Positions 25,178 through 34,966 of a stretch of DNA of 64,000 nt are shown here, piece by piece. The translations under genes were made by a program, and so were the position numbers. Source of the DNA: Gammaproteobacteria bacterium. GTDB lineage: Bacteria > Pseudomonadota > Gammaproteobacteria > Eutrophobiales > Eutrophobiaceae. Within the stretch, counting starts at the first letter, position 1. Every line of letters starts with the position of its first letter. The stretch covers positions 2,392,325 through 2,456,324 of the forward strand of contig CBDEUD010000003.1 in NCBI GenBank assembly GCA_965243115.1, in the 5' to 3' direction. The notes beneath the pieces were generated by a model that worked only from the letters and a program-made list of their open reading frames with translations, searched no databases and was not told the DNA's origin.

Positions 25178-27163
25178 TTATTTGACTCGTGCCACACCTA
25201 CTTTAACCAGTGGACCGAGCGTGTCTTTCAACGGACCCAGCCATGGTTCGTAATGGCGCCAGTGATCGATACCGTCACGAAAGATGGGAGAGCGCACCTG
25301 CTCCGAACTCGCAGTGCTGACGTCACGGTCATTTTTGTAAAATTGCAGGCACGACTCCTCGTAGGGCAGTTCGCAGTATTGCAGCAGCCTGCGTACTTCG
25401 GCCTCGGTATCCGTGACCAGTGATTCGTAAATAATGCGGTGTACCCGCCCCGGGAGTACCACATCGAAATGGGCCATCAGTTCCACGTAATCCCGGTAAT
25501 AGCGCCCGATATCCTGCAGGTCGTAACTGAAATTCTGCGCACGCGCAAAATGTTCCTTGAATAACGACAAACCGCATGCCAGAGGGTGGCGCCGCACGTC
25601 GATGATACGCGCATTCGGCAATATCAGGTGGACAAACCCCACGTGGATGAAATTGTTGGGCATCTTGTCGATGAAGAACGGGGCGCCACGTTTGCGCTGA
25701 ACGCGAGTCTGCCCAATATATGTATCACCAAGCTCACGCAGCGTGTCTTCTTCCAGATTTTCCAACACTTCCGGATATCTCGTTTCATTCGGGGCCGGTT
25801 TCCATTCTTCAAGTGACATCGTAATTGCCGCGATATCGGGGAGTTCCATGGTGCCTTCGACGCTGGAGTGGCTTGACAGGATCTGTTCTACCAGTGTCGA
25901 ACCGGTGCGCGGCAGACCCAGGATGAATATGGGTTCTGGCGTACTCGCACCGGACGAGGAGCGGCCGGCAAAAAACCCGGGTGTGAACAGCGCGATGCAA
26001 CGGCGCACGTAATCAGAGAGTTCATCGGCATTGTAGCGCCTGTGTTTCCGGCACAGCCGGTTGCCATCGGCATAATGCCGAAAGGAATCGGCAAATTCAG
26101 CTTTATCTTCCAGGGCCTTGCCAATCGCGAAGTTAAAATGTATTCGATCCTCATCGTTGAGACCTGGCCTTGCCAGTTGCGTATGCATGGCTTCAAGTTC
26201 CGGCCGGGTAAATTCCAATGTCTTCAAGCTCGCCAGACCCCAGTACGGTTCGCCGAAATGCGGCGCCTGTGCAATAGCCTTGCGATAAGCGTTGGCGGAT
26301 TCCGTGCGGCGGCCAACCGTTTTCAGCATATGCCCCAGACTGGTCCAGACCGTGATTTGGCCCGGATCCTCATCAACAAGGTTTTCACAAATCTCGATGG
26401 CCTCCCCGTATTCACGCAGCCGCGCCAGAATGGCTGCCTTCAGCTTACGCAATTCCGCATTGTCCGGATCTGCCGCGAGCAACCGGTCGGCCTCCTGCAA
26501 GGCGTCAGGGGCCTTGTTCAGGCGCAACAGTACTACGGCGTAATTGTGACGTGCGCGCCGGTAACCGGGAGCGAGTTGCAGGCATCGTTCAAGCAAGGTC
26601 TCCGCCTCTCTCATCCTGTTATTACGCTCGGCAACATCCGCCAGCAGGCACAGGGCGACGATGTCGGCAGGGTGTTGTTCGATGTGATTGCGCAACCGGG
26701 TTTCAGCTTCTGCAACGCGGCCCTCTTTGAGAGCGGCAGCAGGTTCCCGCAAGTGCGGGTCATTTGTCGAATAACGTACATACGCGCTGAAAGCCTCATC
26801 CGCACCATCCCTGTCTTCCAGCGCGGTAAGAAGATCCGCCAGCGCCAGCCAGGCGTCTGAAAAATCCGGTTTTACGGTCACGGCGCGGCGCATCGATTGC
26901 ACCGCGCTTTCGTTCTGCTTCAGTTCGCGCAGCGCAAGACCTAACTGCAGGTGAACCAGTGGCGCGTCCGGAGAACTTGCGGACAACTTTGTCAGTATCT
27001 CGACCGCCGCATCCAGGTTGCCTGCCAGGCGGCTCGCGATGCCCCGGAACAACGAGGCCATCCGGTGCCCGGGAACGGCAGTCAGGAACTCGGCCGCCAG
27101 GGCCTCGGCCCGGACGGGATCAGACCGTAACAACTGCTCTATCTGCCGGAGCCTGGCATTCAT
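25178..27163 (-). CDS. TPR-repeat protein with sulfotransferase domain (paralog of 18635-20080)
   Basis: PAPS-binding motif LGLPRTGSTLVEQIL. Long N-terminal TPR region. The C-terminal region is similar to the other sulfotransferase. Confidence 0.8.
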   Translation of the reverse strand: MNARLRQIEQLLRSDPVRAEALAAEFLTAVPGHRMASLFRGIASRLAGNLDAAVEILTKLSASSPDAPLVHLQLGLALRELKQNESAVQSMRRAVTVKPDFSDAWLALADLLTALEDRDGADEAFSAYVRYSTNDPHLREPAAALKEGRVAEAETRLRNHIEQHPADIVALCLLADVAERNNRMREAETLLERCLQLAPGYRRARHNYAVVLLRLNKAPDALQEADRLLAADPDNAELRKLKAAILARLREYGEAIEICENLVDEDPGQITVWTSLGHMLKTVGRRTESANAYRKAIAQAPHFGEPYWGLASLKTLEFTRPELEAMHTQLARPGLNDEDRIHFNFAIGKALEDKAEFADSFRHYADGNRLCRKHRRYNADELSDYVRRCIALFTPGFFAGRSSSGASTPEPIFILGLPRTGSTLVEQILSSHSSVEGTMELPDIAAITMSLEEWKPAPNETRYPEVLENLEEDTLRELGDTYIGQTRVQRKRGAPFFIDKMPNNFIHVGFVHLILPNARIIDVRRHPLACGLSLFKEHFARAQNFSYDLQDIGRYYRDYVELMAHFDVVLPGRVHRIIYESLVTDTEAEVRRLLQYCELPYEESCLQFYKNDRDVSTASSEQVRSPIFRDGIDHWRHYEPWLGPLKDTLGPLVKVGVARVK

Positions 27164-28134
27164 TTCATTTTCGTCCTTTCCGCGACCATCACCCAGGCTG
27201 ACGGCACGGAGTGTTGACCGAAATTCAGAATATCACGCACGCGGATTGAAAATGCCCGGGCCGTCAACTGGGCTATTGCCCGCTCCAGTCCCGGTTCATC
27301 AAGCGCGGCTTGCAACATGGTTGCCATGCGGCCCGAATACGTGTCGAGCTCCTTTTCCATGAGCTCAATCCAGGTGAACACTTCAGCAGGCTCATAGGTC
27401 TTGAAACGGCGGTATATATGGGCCACATCGGTATACAGGCGGTACAACGTGCCGTCCGCCACACCCTTGCCCCAGCGCTGCAAAATCTTCTCTGCCGCAA
27501 CTACCGAGCCGGCGAATTTCTCATCTGCGCGGCGAAACAGGTCTTTGCCGTCATGCCCTTGCTGCACTGACGTAGCGGCTTTGAACAGCCGCTCGAAGCA
27601 ATGCAGCAGGTCGGCGTTTCGAAAACCGTCGATCGCCTCGAGATTGACAGCGCATTCCCGGTAAATTCCGCCCCCGCGCAGGTGTAACACCGCTGCGATC
27701 AGCCCGCCGCGCCCCACTACCCGGGCCGCTTCGGCGAAGACATCCAGCCCCGCATATTCCATGCCGAACTGGCTTGTCACAAGATCAAACGCACCATCCT
27801 GAAAAGGCAATTGCGCCGCATCCGCGGCGATGCCGCACAGGACGGGATCGCGATTGCGCATTTCCTCAAGTGCAGCGGGTGATTCATCGACTCCGGAAAT
27901 ATGCAGTTCGCAGTCCGGGTCCAGGCTTTTCCTTGATACCAGGGCAAAGCGCGTAACGGCGCCGTTTCCGCAGGCGATATCCAGCATTCTCGGCGCCGCC
28001 TGAAACGAGGGGAAAACCTTCCCGAACAACTGTAGCCAGAACCGTTCGAGTACCTCATCCTGGGGGCCGCCGTCCTTGTGCGCAGCCGCCGACCGGGTAT
28101 TGCGCCAGTATGCATCCCAGTCACTTACCGTCAT
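27160..28134 (-). CDS. class I SAM-dependent methyltransferase
   Basis: Motif I MLDIACGNGAVT. The stop overlaps the sulfotransferase start by 4 bp, consistent with translational coupling. Confidence 0.7.
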   Translation of the reverse strand: MTVSDWDAYWRNTRSAAAHKDGGPQDEVLERFWLQLFGKVFPSFQAAPRMLDIACGNGAVTRFALVSRKSLDPDCELHISGVDESPAALEEMRNRDPVLCGIAADAAQLPFQDGAFDLVTSQFGMEYAGLDVFAEAARVVGRGGLIAAVLHLRGGGIYRECAVNLEAIDGFRNADLLHCFERLFKAATSVQQGHDGKDLFRRADEKFAGSVVAAEKILQRWGKGVADGTLYRLYTDVAHIYRRFKTYEPAEVFTWIELMEKELDTYSGRMATMLQAALDEPGLERAIAQLTARAFSIRVRDILNFGQHSVPSAWVMVAERTKMK

Positions 28135-28145
28135 GCCGGCCGTTT

Positions 28146-29948
28146 TCAGGATCCCCGGGACGCTATCCAGTTCACGATCTTCCGCTCCAGCAGGGTCAGG
28201 GGCATGGAACCGTCGGCCAGTACCTGGCGATGAAAGGCCTTGACGTCAAAGCTATCGCCCAGCTCAGCCTCGGCCCTCCGCCGCAATTCCGTGATCCTGA
28301 GTTGGCCGACCTTGTAGGCCAGCGCCTGGCCCGGCATGGCCATATAGCGCTCAACTTCCGCGATCGCATTTGTGCGGGTGATAGGGCAGTTGGACTCCAT
28401 CCAGTCGATCGCCTGCTCCCGGGTCCAGCCGAGGGCATGCAGGCCGGTATCGACGACCAGGCGGTTGGCGCGCCATATGTCGTTGGTCAGCGCGCCTATC
28501 CGCTGGTATGGGTCCGTGTACAAACCCAGTTCCTCACCCAGGGTCTCTGCATACAAGGCCCAGCCTTCCACAAAGGCGGTCTGTCCGCCAAAGCGGCGAA
28601 ATGCCGGCAGGTCCTCCTGTTCCTGGGCCAGGGCGATCTGGAAGTGGTGGCCGGGCACCGCCTCATGGATAAACAACGATTCACGCTCCCAATTGGAACG
28701 TGACCCGACGTCATGCGTATTCACATAAAACACCGCCGGACGACTACCGTCGGGGGCCGGCGGCATGTAATGGGCGGCGGCGGCTGAAGCGGCGCGAAAT
28801 TCTTCGATGGGTTTGATGACATATTCCGCTTCGGGAATCAGGTCGAACAGGCGGGGTAACCGTTCTTCAACATCGGTTTTTATGTCGCGATAGCTTTGCA
28901 CCAGTTTTTCGGGCTCATCATAATAAAATTGCGGATCCTCGCGCATGAACCGGAAGAACGCCTTCATGTCACCCTCGAACCCGATCGTGTTTTTAATGGA
29001 CTCCATCTCTTTATACAATGCTGCCGCCTGTGTCTTCCCGATCTCATGAATTTGCTCCGGCGTCAGGTCGGTAGTCGTATGGAATTTTGCCAGGTATGCA
29101 TACCATTTATCTCCACCCGCCAGAGCGCCTATACCGTGCGAATCCCGGGCGTACCGCAGATAGTCTTCCGCCATAAAATCGTGCAGGCGTCTATAGGCCG
29201 GAACGAGCTTATCCGAAATCATGTCAGCGTAAGCAACGCTCAGGCGTTCGCGCTCCTGTTCCGGTACGCCGTCAGGAATATTCCTGACCGGCTGGTAAAA
29301 GACGCTGTCCTTTACATCATCGACTACGTGGCCATCCAGCAACGGCAGGACGCGTTCCACCAGAAGACCCGGAAGCACCACGCCTTCGCTGATGCCGGTT
29401 CGCATATTGCCGATAGCCCGGTCGACCCAGGGTATGAATCCGTCAAGCCGCTTAAGCCAGTTGTCATAATCTTCAACCGTGTTGAAAGGCTGTGCCGACG
29501 TGCCGGTCCCGAGCAGGGCGACAAAGCTGGGTATGCTGAAAAATTGCGTCACCGGTATGAGGGTTTCGAGACGTGCGTGACCGTCACGAAATTCTTCGAC
29601 GGCCATCAGGCGGTCATACTCGAAGATGTCATAGCTGAGCTGGTCCCGGCTGCTTAACCGCTCGCGATCAATAGCCTGTAACTTATCCAGGAACCCCTGT
29701 TCCAGGGCCAGGGAGTCGCGCAAATATTGTTCCGACAAATCATCCGGAAAACGATCGTTAAATCGATAATCCCCTTCAAACATCGCAGTGATCGGGTTCA
29801 GTTCGAAATTGGCATCGCGGTATTCATCAAACAAGGCATGTAACTGCATGTTCTTCCCTTCGGTTTGATCGTCAGGCGCGCGTTCGCACGCCGTGATGAA
29901 TATCAGCAGCAACGGCAACAGAGTGGCTTTGAGGTTTTGTTGATACAT
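28146..29948 (-). CDS. DUF885-family lipoprotein (putative metallopeptidase-like)
   Basis: Lipobox LLIFITAC. The HEAVPGHHFQ motif is characteristic of DUF885. Confidence 0.7.
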   Translation of the reverse strand: MYQQNLKATLLPLLLIFITACERAPDDQTEGKNMQLHALFDEYRDANFELNPITAMFEGDYRFNDRFPDDLSEQYLRDSLALEQGFLDKLQAIDRERLSSRDQLSYDIFEYDRLMAVEEFRDGHARLETLIPVTQFFSIPSFVALLGTGTSAQPFNTVEDYDNWLKRLDGFIPWVDRAIGNMRTGISEGVVLPGLLVERVLPLLDGHVVDDVKDSVFYQPVRNIPDGVPEQERERLSVAYADMISDKLVPAYRRLHDFMAEDYLRYARDSHGIGALAGGDKWYAYLAKFHTTTDLTPEQIHEIGKTQAAALYKEMESIKNTIGFEGDMKAFFRFMREDPQFYYDEPEKLVQSYRDIKTDVEERLPRLFDLIPEAEYVIKPIEEFRAASAAAAHYMPPAPDGSRPAVFYVNTHDVGSRSNWERESLFIHEAVPGHHFQIALAQEQEDLPAFRRFGGQTAFVEGWALYAETLGEELGLYTDPYQRIGALTNDIWRANRLVVDTGLHALGWTREQAIDWMESNCPITRTNAIAEVERYMAMPGQALAYKVGQLRITELRRRAEAELGDSFDVKAFHRQVLADGSMPLTLLERKIVNWIASRGS

Positions 29949-29993
29949 ATAAACGATTCCTGAAACAAACGTGAGTAAAAATATCCCTGTTTC

Positions 29994-31169
29994 TCATTGC
30001 GTCCCGGAGGCAAATTCAGCCGATAGCAACAGGCCCATTTTGCGCCGGTAGCGGCTGTTCTGTTCCGGATTATCGGCCAGGCTGATGGCTTTACGCAGGT
30101 TTTTCTCAGCCTGTTTGTCATTACCGAGACGGCTGTGTATGGTCCCCTGTAAAAAGTAGAACCGGTGCTCCTTGTCATAGAGCCGGATGGCTGCGCGGGT
30201 ATGTTCAAGGGCAAGCAGGTACTCACGTCCGGCGAATGCCTCAAGCCCCATGCGATACCGGTAATAGGGATTTATTTCACGGTAGTACGCCACCCTCTTC
30301 TGCAGGGCCTGTGCCGTTTCCCGTTCACCCAGTTGCTCGTAGAGACGGGCGGCATTACTGGCAGCCGTCAGGTCGGAAGGATCATGCTGTAACGCCAACC
30401 GGTATGCCAGTTCCGCTGCTTCCAGTCTTCCGTAGCGCCGGTACACCGCGCCGAGGTTCGACCAGAAATAGGAAACACCGGGCTCAATGCTCAATGCCTT
30501 GACGATATAGCGAACGGCCTGCGCATGATTTTCCTGCTTCAGGTACTCCATGGCGCGGTTGTTGTAATGTTGCGCCAGGGCCAGGGAGTCGGAAATTTTT
30601 CTTTGCCTGTAACTGGTGTCATATTCCTCCATGGCTATGTCGATAACCTTATCCAGTTTATCAGGTAATCTTACTATCGCATTGATATGTTTGTACATTA
30701 TCAAGGTATTACTATCTGACATATCCCACGCGTAGGGGACATCAACTTCATTGTAATCGACCTTCAGTCCCACTTCCCTCATCAACGCGACAACAAAATT
30801 CGTGAACGCCAGGCAATTGGCGCGCCCATGGGAAAATACTTCCTGTACGGTATACGTCGCGGCGGCATCGTATTTCAGTCCCGGTGCTCCCGGCTGTAAA
30901 ACAGCTCTCAGCAGTTCCCTTAGTTTTACGTGGTCCGCAGCGCCCGGCGGGACTGCCCGGCGAGCAAACGCCGCCATCTCCGGTGACAGGTCCATCACCG
31001 GCTCGTCGGGCATCACCAGGGGCGCAGCGTCTTCACCAAACACGGGTTTGCCGCTGAGCAGCCATGCCTGTTGTGCGGCAGTTACCGGCCGATCCGCAAT
31101 CGGGGTATTGACTGCACAGCCGGAAAGCCACATCAGCAAAATAATGATGGCCGTATTAAATCTGGTCAT
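29994..31169 (-). CDS. transglutaminase-like domain lipoprotein with C-terminal TPR repeats
   Basis: Lipobox LMWLSGCAV. Catalytic-Cys context GRANCLAFTNFVVALMREVGL (GxCxxFA). TPR-like units in the C-terminal half. Confidence 0.7.
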   Translation of the reverse strand: MTRFNTAIIILLMWLSGCAVNTPIADRPVTAAQQAWLLSGKPVFGEDAAPLVMPDEPVMDLSPEMAAFARRAVPPGAADHVKLRELLRAVLQPGAPGLKYDAAATYTVQEVFSHGRANCLAFTNFVVALMREVGLKVDYNEVDVPYAWDMSDSNTLIMYKHINAIVRLPDKLDKVIDIAMEEYDTSYRQRKISDSLALAQHYNNRAMEYLKQENHAQAVRYIVKALSIEPGVSYFWSNLGAVYRRYGRLEAAELAYRLALQHDPSDLTAASNAARLYEQLGERETAQALQKRVAYYREINPYYRYRMGLEAFAGREYLLALEHTRAAIRLYDKEHRFYFLQGTIHSRLGNDKQAEKNLRKAISLADNPEQNSRYRRKMGLLLSAEFASGTQ

Positions 31170-31279
31170 TGGTACGCGTTAAACGATTACCGCCCGGTAA
31201 GTTATTATTTTAGCTTCTTCCTGCCACGCTGTGTATGAATCCCGGGCATAGCTGGTGGACAATTCATTAAATCTGTAAT

Positions 31280-32833
31280 TTGTTATGCTATCTTCCAACT
31301 AAACCAACAAATTCAGGCGTTATGTCAACTTCCGTCTCTATCGGCCGGCCGGCTGCAAAATCCGGAACTCATCCGCGTGGACTTTACACGCTGTTCTTTA
31401 CCGAGATGTGGGAGCGCTTCAGTTACTACGGCATGCGCGCATTGCTGGTGCTGTTCATGACCGCGGCCGTCACTGAGGGCGGCCTCGGCTTTGACGATGT
31501 GACTGCCACGGCGATTTACGGCCTGTACACGGCAGCGGTCTACGTGGCCGCGTTGCCGGGCGGCTGGATTGCCGACCGGTTGCTGGGCGCGCAGCGCGCC
31601 GTCTGGTACGGCGGAATGGTCATAATGCTCGGGCATTTCACCCTGGCGGTCCCTGCCCTGCCGGCATTTTATCTCGGCCTGGTATTTGTGGTGCTCGGCA
31701 CCGGGCTGCTGAAACCCAATATCAGCGCCATAGTGGGTGAACTGTATCCCGGTGGCGGTTCCGCCCGGGACGCCGGTTATACGATCTTCTACATGGGGAT
31801 AAACCTTGGCGCCATGATCGGCCCGCTCATCTGCAGCACACTGGGTGAAAGCGACCGCTTCGGCTGGCACTACGGTTTCGCCGCAGCCGGCATCGGCATG
31901 TTGTTCGGTTTGATACAGTTTCGCCTTACCCGCCACCACCTGGGTGATGCCGCACGTTATCCCGACTACCTGCGTCCGGACGGCAGCAGCAAGTCGCCGC
32001 CAAAATACGGCTGGCTTCTGGTCGGCATGGGCGTTGGATTGGTGGCTTTCATCACGGCCATGGCCCTGGGCGGCGTCATCACCGTTGATGCCCTGTCACT
32101 CGCAAAAGTATCCACCTATATCATTGCCGCCATAGCTGCGTTGTACTTCGCGGCAGTGTACGCGTTCGGCAAACTCAGCCTGGTCGAAAAGAAGTGCGTC
32201 GCCGTCATTATCATCCTGGTCATTGCCGAGGCCGTGTTCTGGTCGGGTTTTGAACAGGCCGGGTCATCTCTCAACCTGTTTGCACAGCGCTACACGGAGC
32301 GGATGGTGTTCGGCTTTGAAATACCCGCCGGCTGGTTCCAGAGCCTGAACCCAATGTTCATTCTGATACTTGCGCCGTTTTTTGCGGCGCTCTGGGTGCA
32401 TCTCGGCCGGCGCAACCTGGACCCGTCCATACCGGCGAAATTCGGCCTCGGGCTGATCCAGCTCGGCCTCGGTTTCCTGGTCATGTTCGTGGCATCGAAG
32501 TTTGTGGTCAGCGGGGAATCGGTATTGCCTACCTGGTTGTTCCTTACCTACCTGTTGCACACTACCGGCGAATTGTGCCTGAGTCCGGTAGGCTTGAGTT
32601 CGATCAGCAAACTGGCGCCTAAACGCTTTGTCAGCCAGATGATGGGAATCTGGTTTCTCGGCAGCGCGCTCGGCAATATCATAGCCGGGCTTGTGGCGGG
32701 CCGCTTTAACCCGGAGTCGCTGCACGATATGCCCAACCTGTATCTGCAAATCATTTCAATAACCGTTTTTGCCGGCGTGCTGTTGCTGCTTTTTACAAAA
32801 CCGATCAAGAAACTGATGGGAGAGAATTCTTGA
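31280..32833 (+). CDS. POT/PTR2-family proton-dependent di/tripeptide transporter
   Basis: PTR2 signature FTEMWERFSYYGMRALLVLFM. ~14 predicted TM segments. 517 aa. Confidence 0.9.
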   Translation: MLCYLPTKPTNSGVMSTSVSIGRPAAKSGTHPRGLYTLFFTEMWERFSYYGMRALLVLFMTAAVTEGGLGFDDVTATAIYGLYTAAVYVAALPGGWIADRLLGAQRAVWYGGMVIMLGHFTLAVPALPAFYLGLVFVVLGTGLLKPNISAIVGELYPGGGSARDAGYTIFYMGINLGAMIGPLICSTLGESDRFGWHYGFAAAGIGMLFGLIQFRLTRHHLGDAARYPDYLRPDGSSKSPPKYGWLLVGMGVGLVAFITAMALGGVITVDALSLAKVSTYIIAAIAALYFAAVYAFGKLSLVEKKCVAVIIILVIAEAVFWSGFEQAGSSLNLFAQRYTERMVFGFEIPAGWFQSLNPMFILILAPFFAALWVHLGRRNLDPSIPAKFGLGLIQLGLGFLVMFVASKFVVSGESVLPTWLFLTYLLHTTGELCLSPVGLSSISKLAPKRFVSQMMGIWFLGSALGNIIAGLVAGRFNPESLHDMPNLYLQIISITVFAGVLLLLFTKPIKKLMGENS

Positions 32834-32894
32834 AGGTAAAAACCGGAACCTTTCCGCACGTCCTCACAGCGGCCCTTGCCATGGCGAAATATAA

Positions 32895-34820
32895 ATGCCG
32901 GATATAAGGTCTGTTTGCCGTGCAGTAATCGTGCTGCTTTGTCTTGCAGGATGCCAGAACAATGATTCCGGCCGCTCTGAAGTCAAATCCGCTGAAGCTG
33001 ATGAACAGGTTGCTGATGAGCCCGGGCAAACCGCGCAAGGATTTGTCGCAACCGTTAACAGGCAACTGGAAGAGTTGCACAAGGAAAATGCCGCTGCCGC
33101 CTGGGTGCGGGTGACGTATATCACACCTGACACGGCGTTGATTGCAGCCAAATCACAGGAACGTCTGCTGGAGTTTCACAGCAAGTCCGTTAAACAAAGC
33201 AGAAAATTTACCGGCAGACCCATGGGTGACGATACTGCCCGCGCAATCAGGCTGTTGGTTCAGGGCACATCCATGCCGGCGCCTGACGATGCTGCGAAAC
33301 GGGCCGAACTGGCGGAAATCGCAACCCGCATGGAGGGGCAATACGGTGAAGGGAAATACTGCCCGGAAGGGCCTGATACCTGCAAGGACCTGCCGGAACT
33401 GGAGCGTATATTGGGAGATAAAAAACACGATTTCGCAGCACAGTTGGACGCCTGGGTCGGTTGGCGCACCATTTCGCCGAAAATGCGCAAGGATTACCGG
33501 CGTTTTGTAGAACTGACCAATGAAGGCGCCCGCGAACTCGGTTTCTCCGATCTCGGTGAAATGTGGCGCTCCGGATACGACATGCCGGCAGCGGAGTTCG
33601 AGCAGGATACGGAGCGTCTCTGGAGCCAGGTCAAGCCTCTTTATAACGAGTTGCATTGTTATGTGCGCGACAAGCTTGCCGATTTTTATGGTGAAGACAA
33701 AGTGTCGCGTACTGGCCGTATCCCCGCGCACCTGCTTGGCAACATGTGGGCCCAGGAATGGGCGGGAATTTATGACATCGTGGAACCGTACCCGGGTGTT
33801 GCCGATGTTGATGTAACTCCGTCCCTGAAGCGGCAACAGGCAGAACTGGAAAGCAGGTTCCAGGATAAATTCGGGGACAGGGTTGAAGCGAAGCGCCAGG
33901 CCGAAGCTGAAATGGCCGTCAAGATGGTTAAAATGGCAGAGGATTTTTATACGTCACTGGGCATGCAGCCATTGCCTGAGAATTTCTGGGAACGGTCCAT
34001 GCTTCTGAAACCGCGGGATCGTCAGGTGGTATGCCACGCCAGCGCCTGGACCATGGACGGCAAGGAAGACGTGCGTATCAAACAATGTATTGAGGCTACA
34101 GGTGAACAGTTGTGGACGGTATTCCATGAACTCGGCCACGTTTACTATGACTTGCTGTATAAAAATCAACCGCTCCTGTTTCAGGGCGGCGCCCATGACG
34201 GTTTTCATGAGGCAGTAGGCGACACCGTCAACCTGTCCATGACCCCCGAGTACCTGTACAAGCTCGAGCTGATCAGACAGACCAGCCAGGCCTCGCAGGC
34301 GCTGATCAATCAACAGATGAACCTGGCGCTGGACAAGGTCGCCTTCCTGCCGTTTGCAATGATGATAGACCGGTGGCGTTGGGCGGTGTTCGACGGGCGT
34401 ATCAAACCGAGTGATTATAATACGGCCTGGTGGGAGCTGCGCCGGAAGTACCAGGGTATCGAATCACCGGTAGAACGCACCGAGGCAGATTTCGATCCGG
34501 GAGCAAAATACCATATACCCGGGAACACGCCGTACATACGTTATTTTCTCTCGTTTGTAATTCAGTTCCAGTTTCACAAGGCGCTATGCGCTATCGCCGG
34601 TTTCAACGGACCGTTGCATCAATGCTCTATTTACGGTAACAAAATTGCCGGTAAACGATTCATGGACATGCTGGAACTTGGCGCCAGCCGGCCCTGGCAG
34701 GACGCGTTCGAGACACTGGCCGGCACGCGCCGGATGGATGCCTCCGCAATTATCGAATACTTTCAGCCCCTGACAAGCTGGCTCGGGGAGCAAAACCGGG
34801 ATCGGCAGTGCGGCTGGTAA
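32895..34820 (+). CDS. peptidyl-dipeptidase A (angiotensin-converting-enzyme-like, peptidase family M2), secreted/lipoprotein
   Basis: FHELGHVYYDLLYKNQPLLFQGGAHDGFHEAVGDTVNLS aligns with ACE [39 protein letters not shown] (HEXXH...HEAxGD). N-terminal signal/lipobox LLCLAGC. Confidence 0.85.
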   Translation: MPDIRSVCRAVIVLLCLAGCQNNDSGRSEVKSAEADEQVADEPGQTAQGFVATVNRQLEELHKENAAAAWVRVTYITPDTALIAAKSQERLLEFHSKSVKQSRKFTGRPMGDDTARAIRLLVQGTSMPAPDDAAKRAELAEIATRMEGQYGEGKYCPEGPDTCKDLPELERILGDKKHDFAAQLDAWVGWRTISPKMRKDYRRFVELTNEGARELGFSDLGEMWRSGYDMPAAEFEQDTERLWSQVKPLYNELHCYVRDKLADFYGEDKVSRTGRIPAHLLGNMWAQEWAGIYDIVEPYPGVADVDVTPSLKRQQAELESRFQDKFGDRVEAKRQAEAEMAVKMVKMAEDFYTSLGMQPLPENFWERSMLLKPRDRQVVCHASAWTMDGKEDVRIKQCIEATGEQLWTVFHELGHVYYDLLYKNQPLLFQGGAHDGFHEAVGDTVNLSMTPEYLYKLELIRQTSQASQALINQQMNLALDKVAFLPFAMMIDRWRWAVFDGRIKPSDYNTAWWELRRKYQGIESPVERTEADFDPGAKYHIPGNTPYIRYFLSFVIQFQFHKALCAIAGFNGPLHQCSIYGNKIAGKRFMDMLELGASRPWQDAFETLAGTRRMDASAIIEYFQPLTSWLGEQNRDRQCGW

Positions 34821-34914
34821 GCAGCAACCGATGGAACGGTGAAAATAACCGGGGAACCTGCAAGTTGCAGGAGGCATTTGCGACGCCCCTGTAATGGACG
34901 GGGATGTAAAAAAG

Positions 34915-34938
34915 GGGCGGAGTGACTGTCTCCAGTCA
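34915..34938. terminator. bidirectional stem-loop between convergent genes
   Basis: Perfect 10-bp inverted repeat GGAGTGACTG-tctc-CAGTCACTCC, flanked by an A-run upstream and gctttggtt downstream. Lies between the stops of the M2 peptidase (+) and the molybdoenzyme (-). Confidence 0.55.
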
Positions 34939-34966
34939 CTCCCACCCCGCTTTGGTTACTACTTGA

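Noticed and set aside
26042-26860. 272-aa plus-strand ORF inside TPR-sulfotransferase 2
   Set aside because: Antisense to a gene with a clear sulfotransferase motif and TPRs, and shows no family signal of its own.
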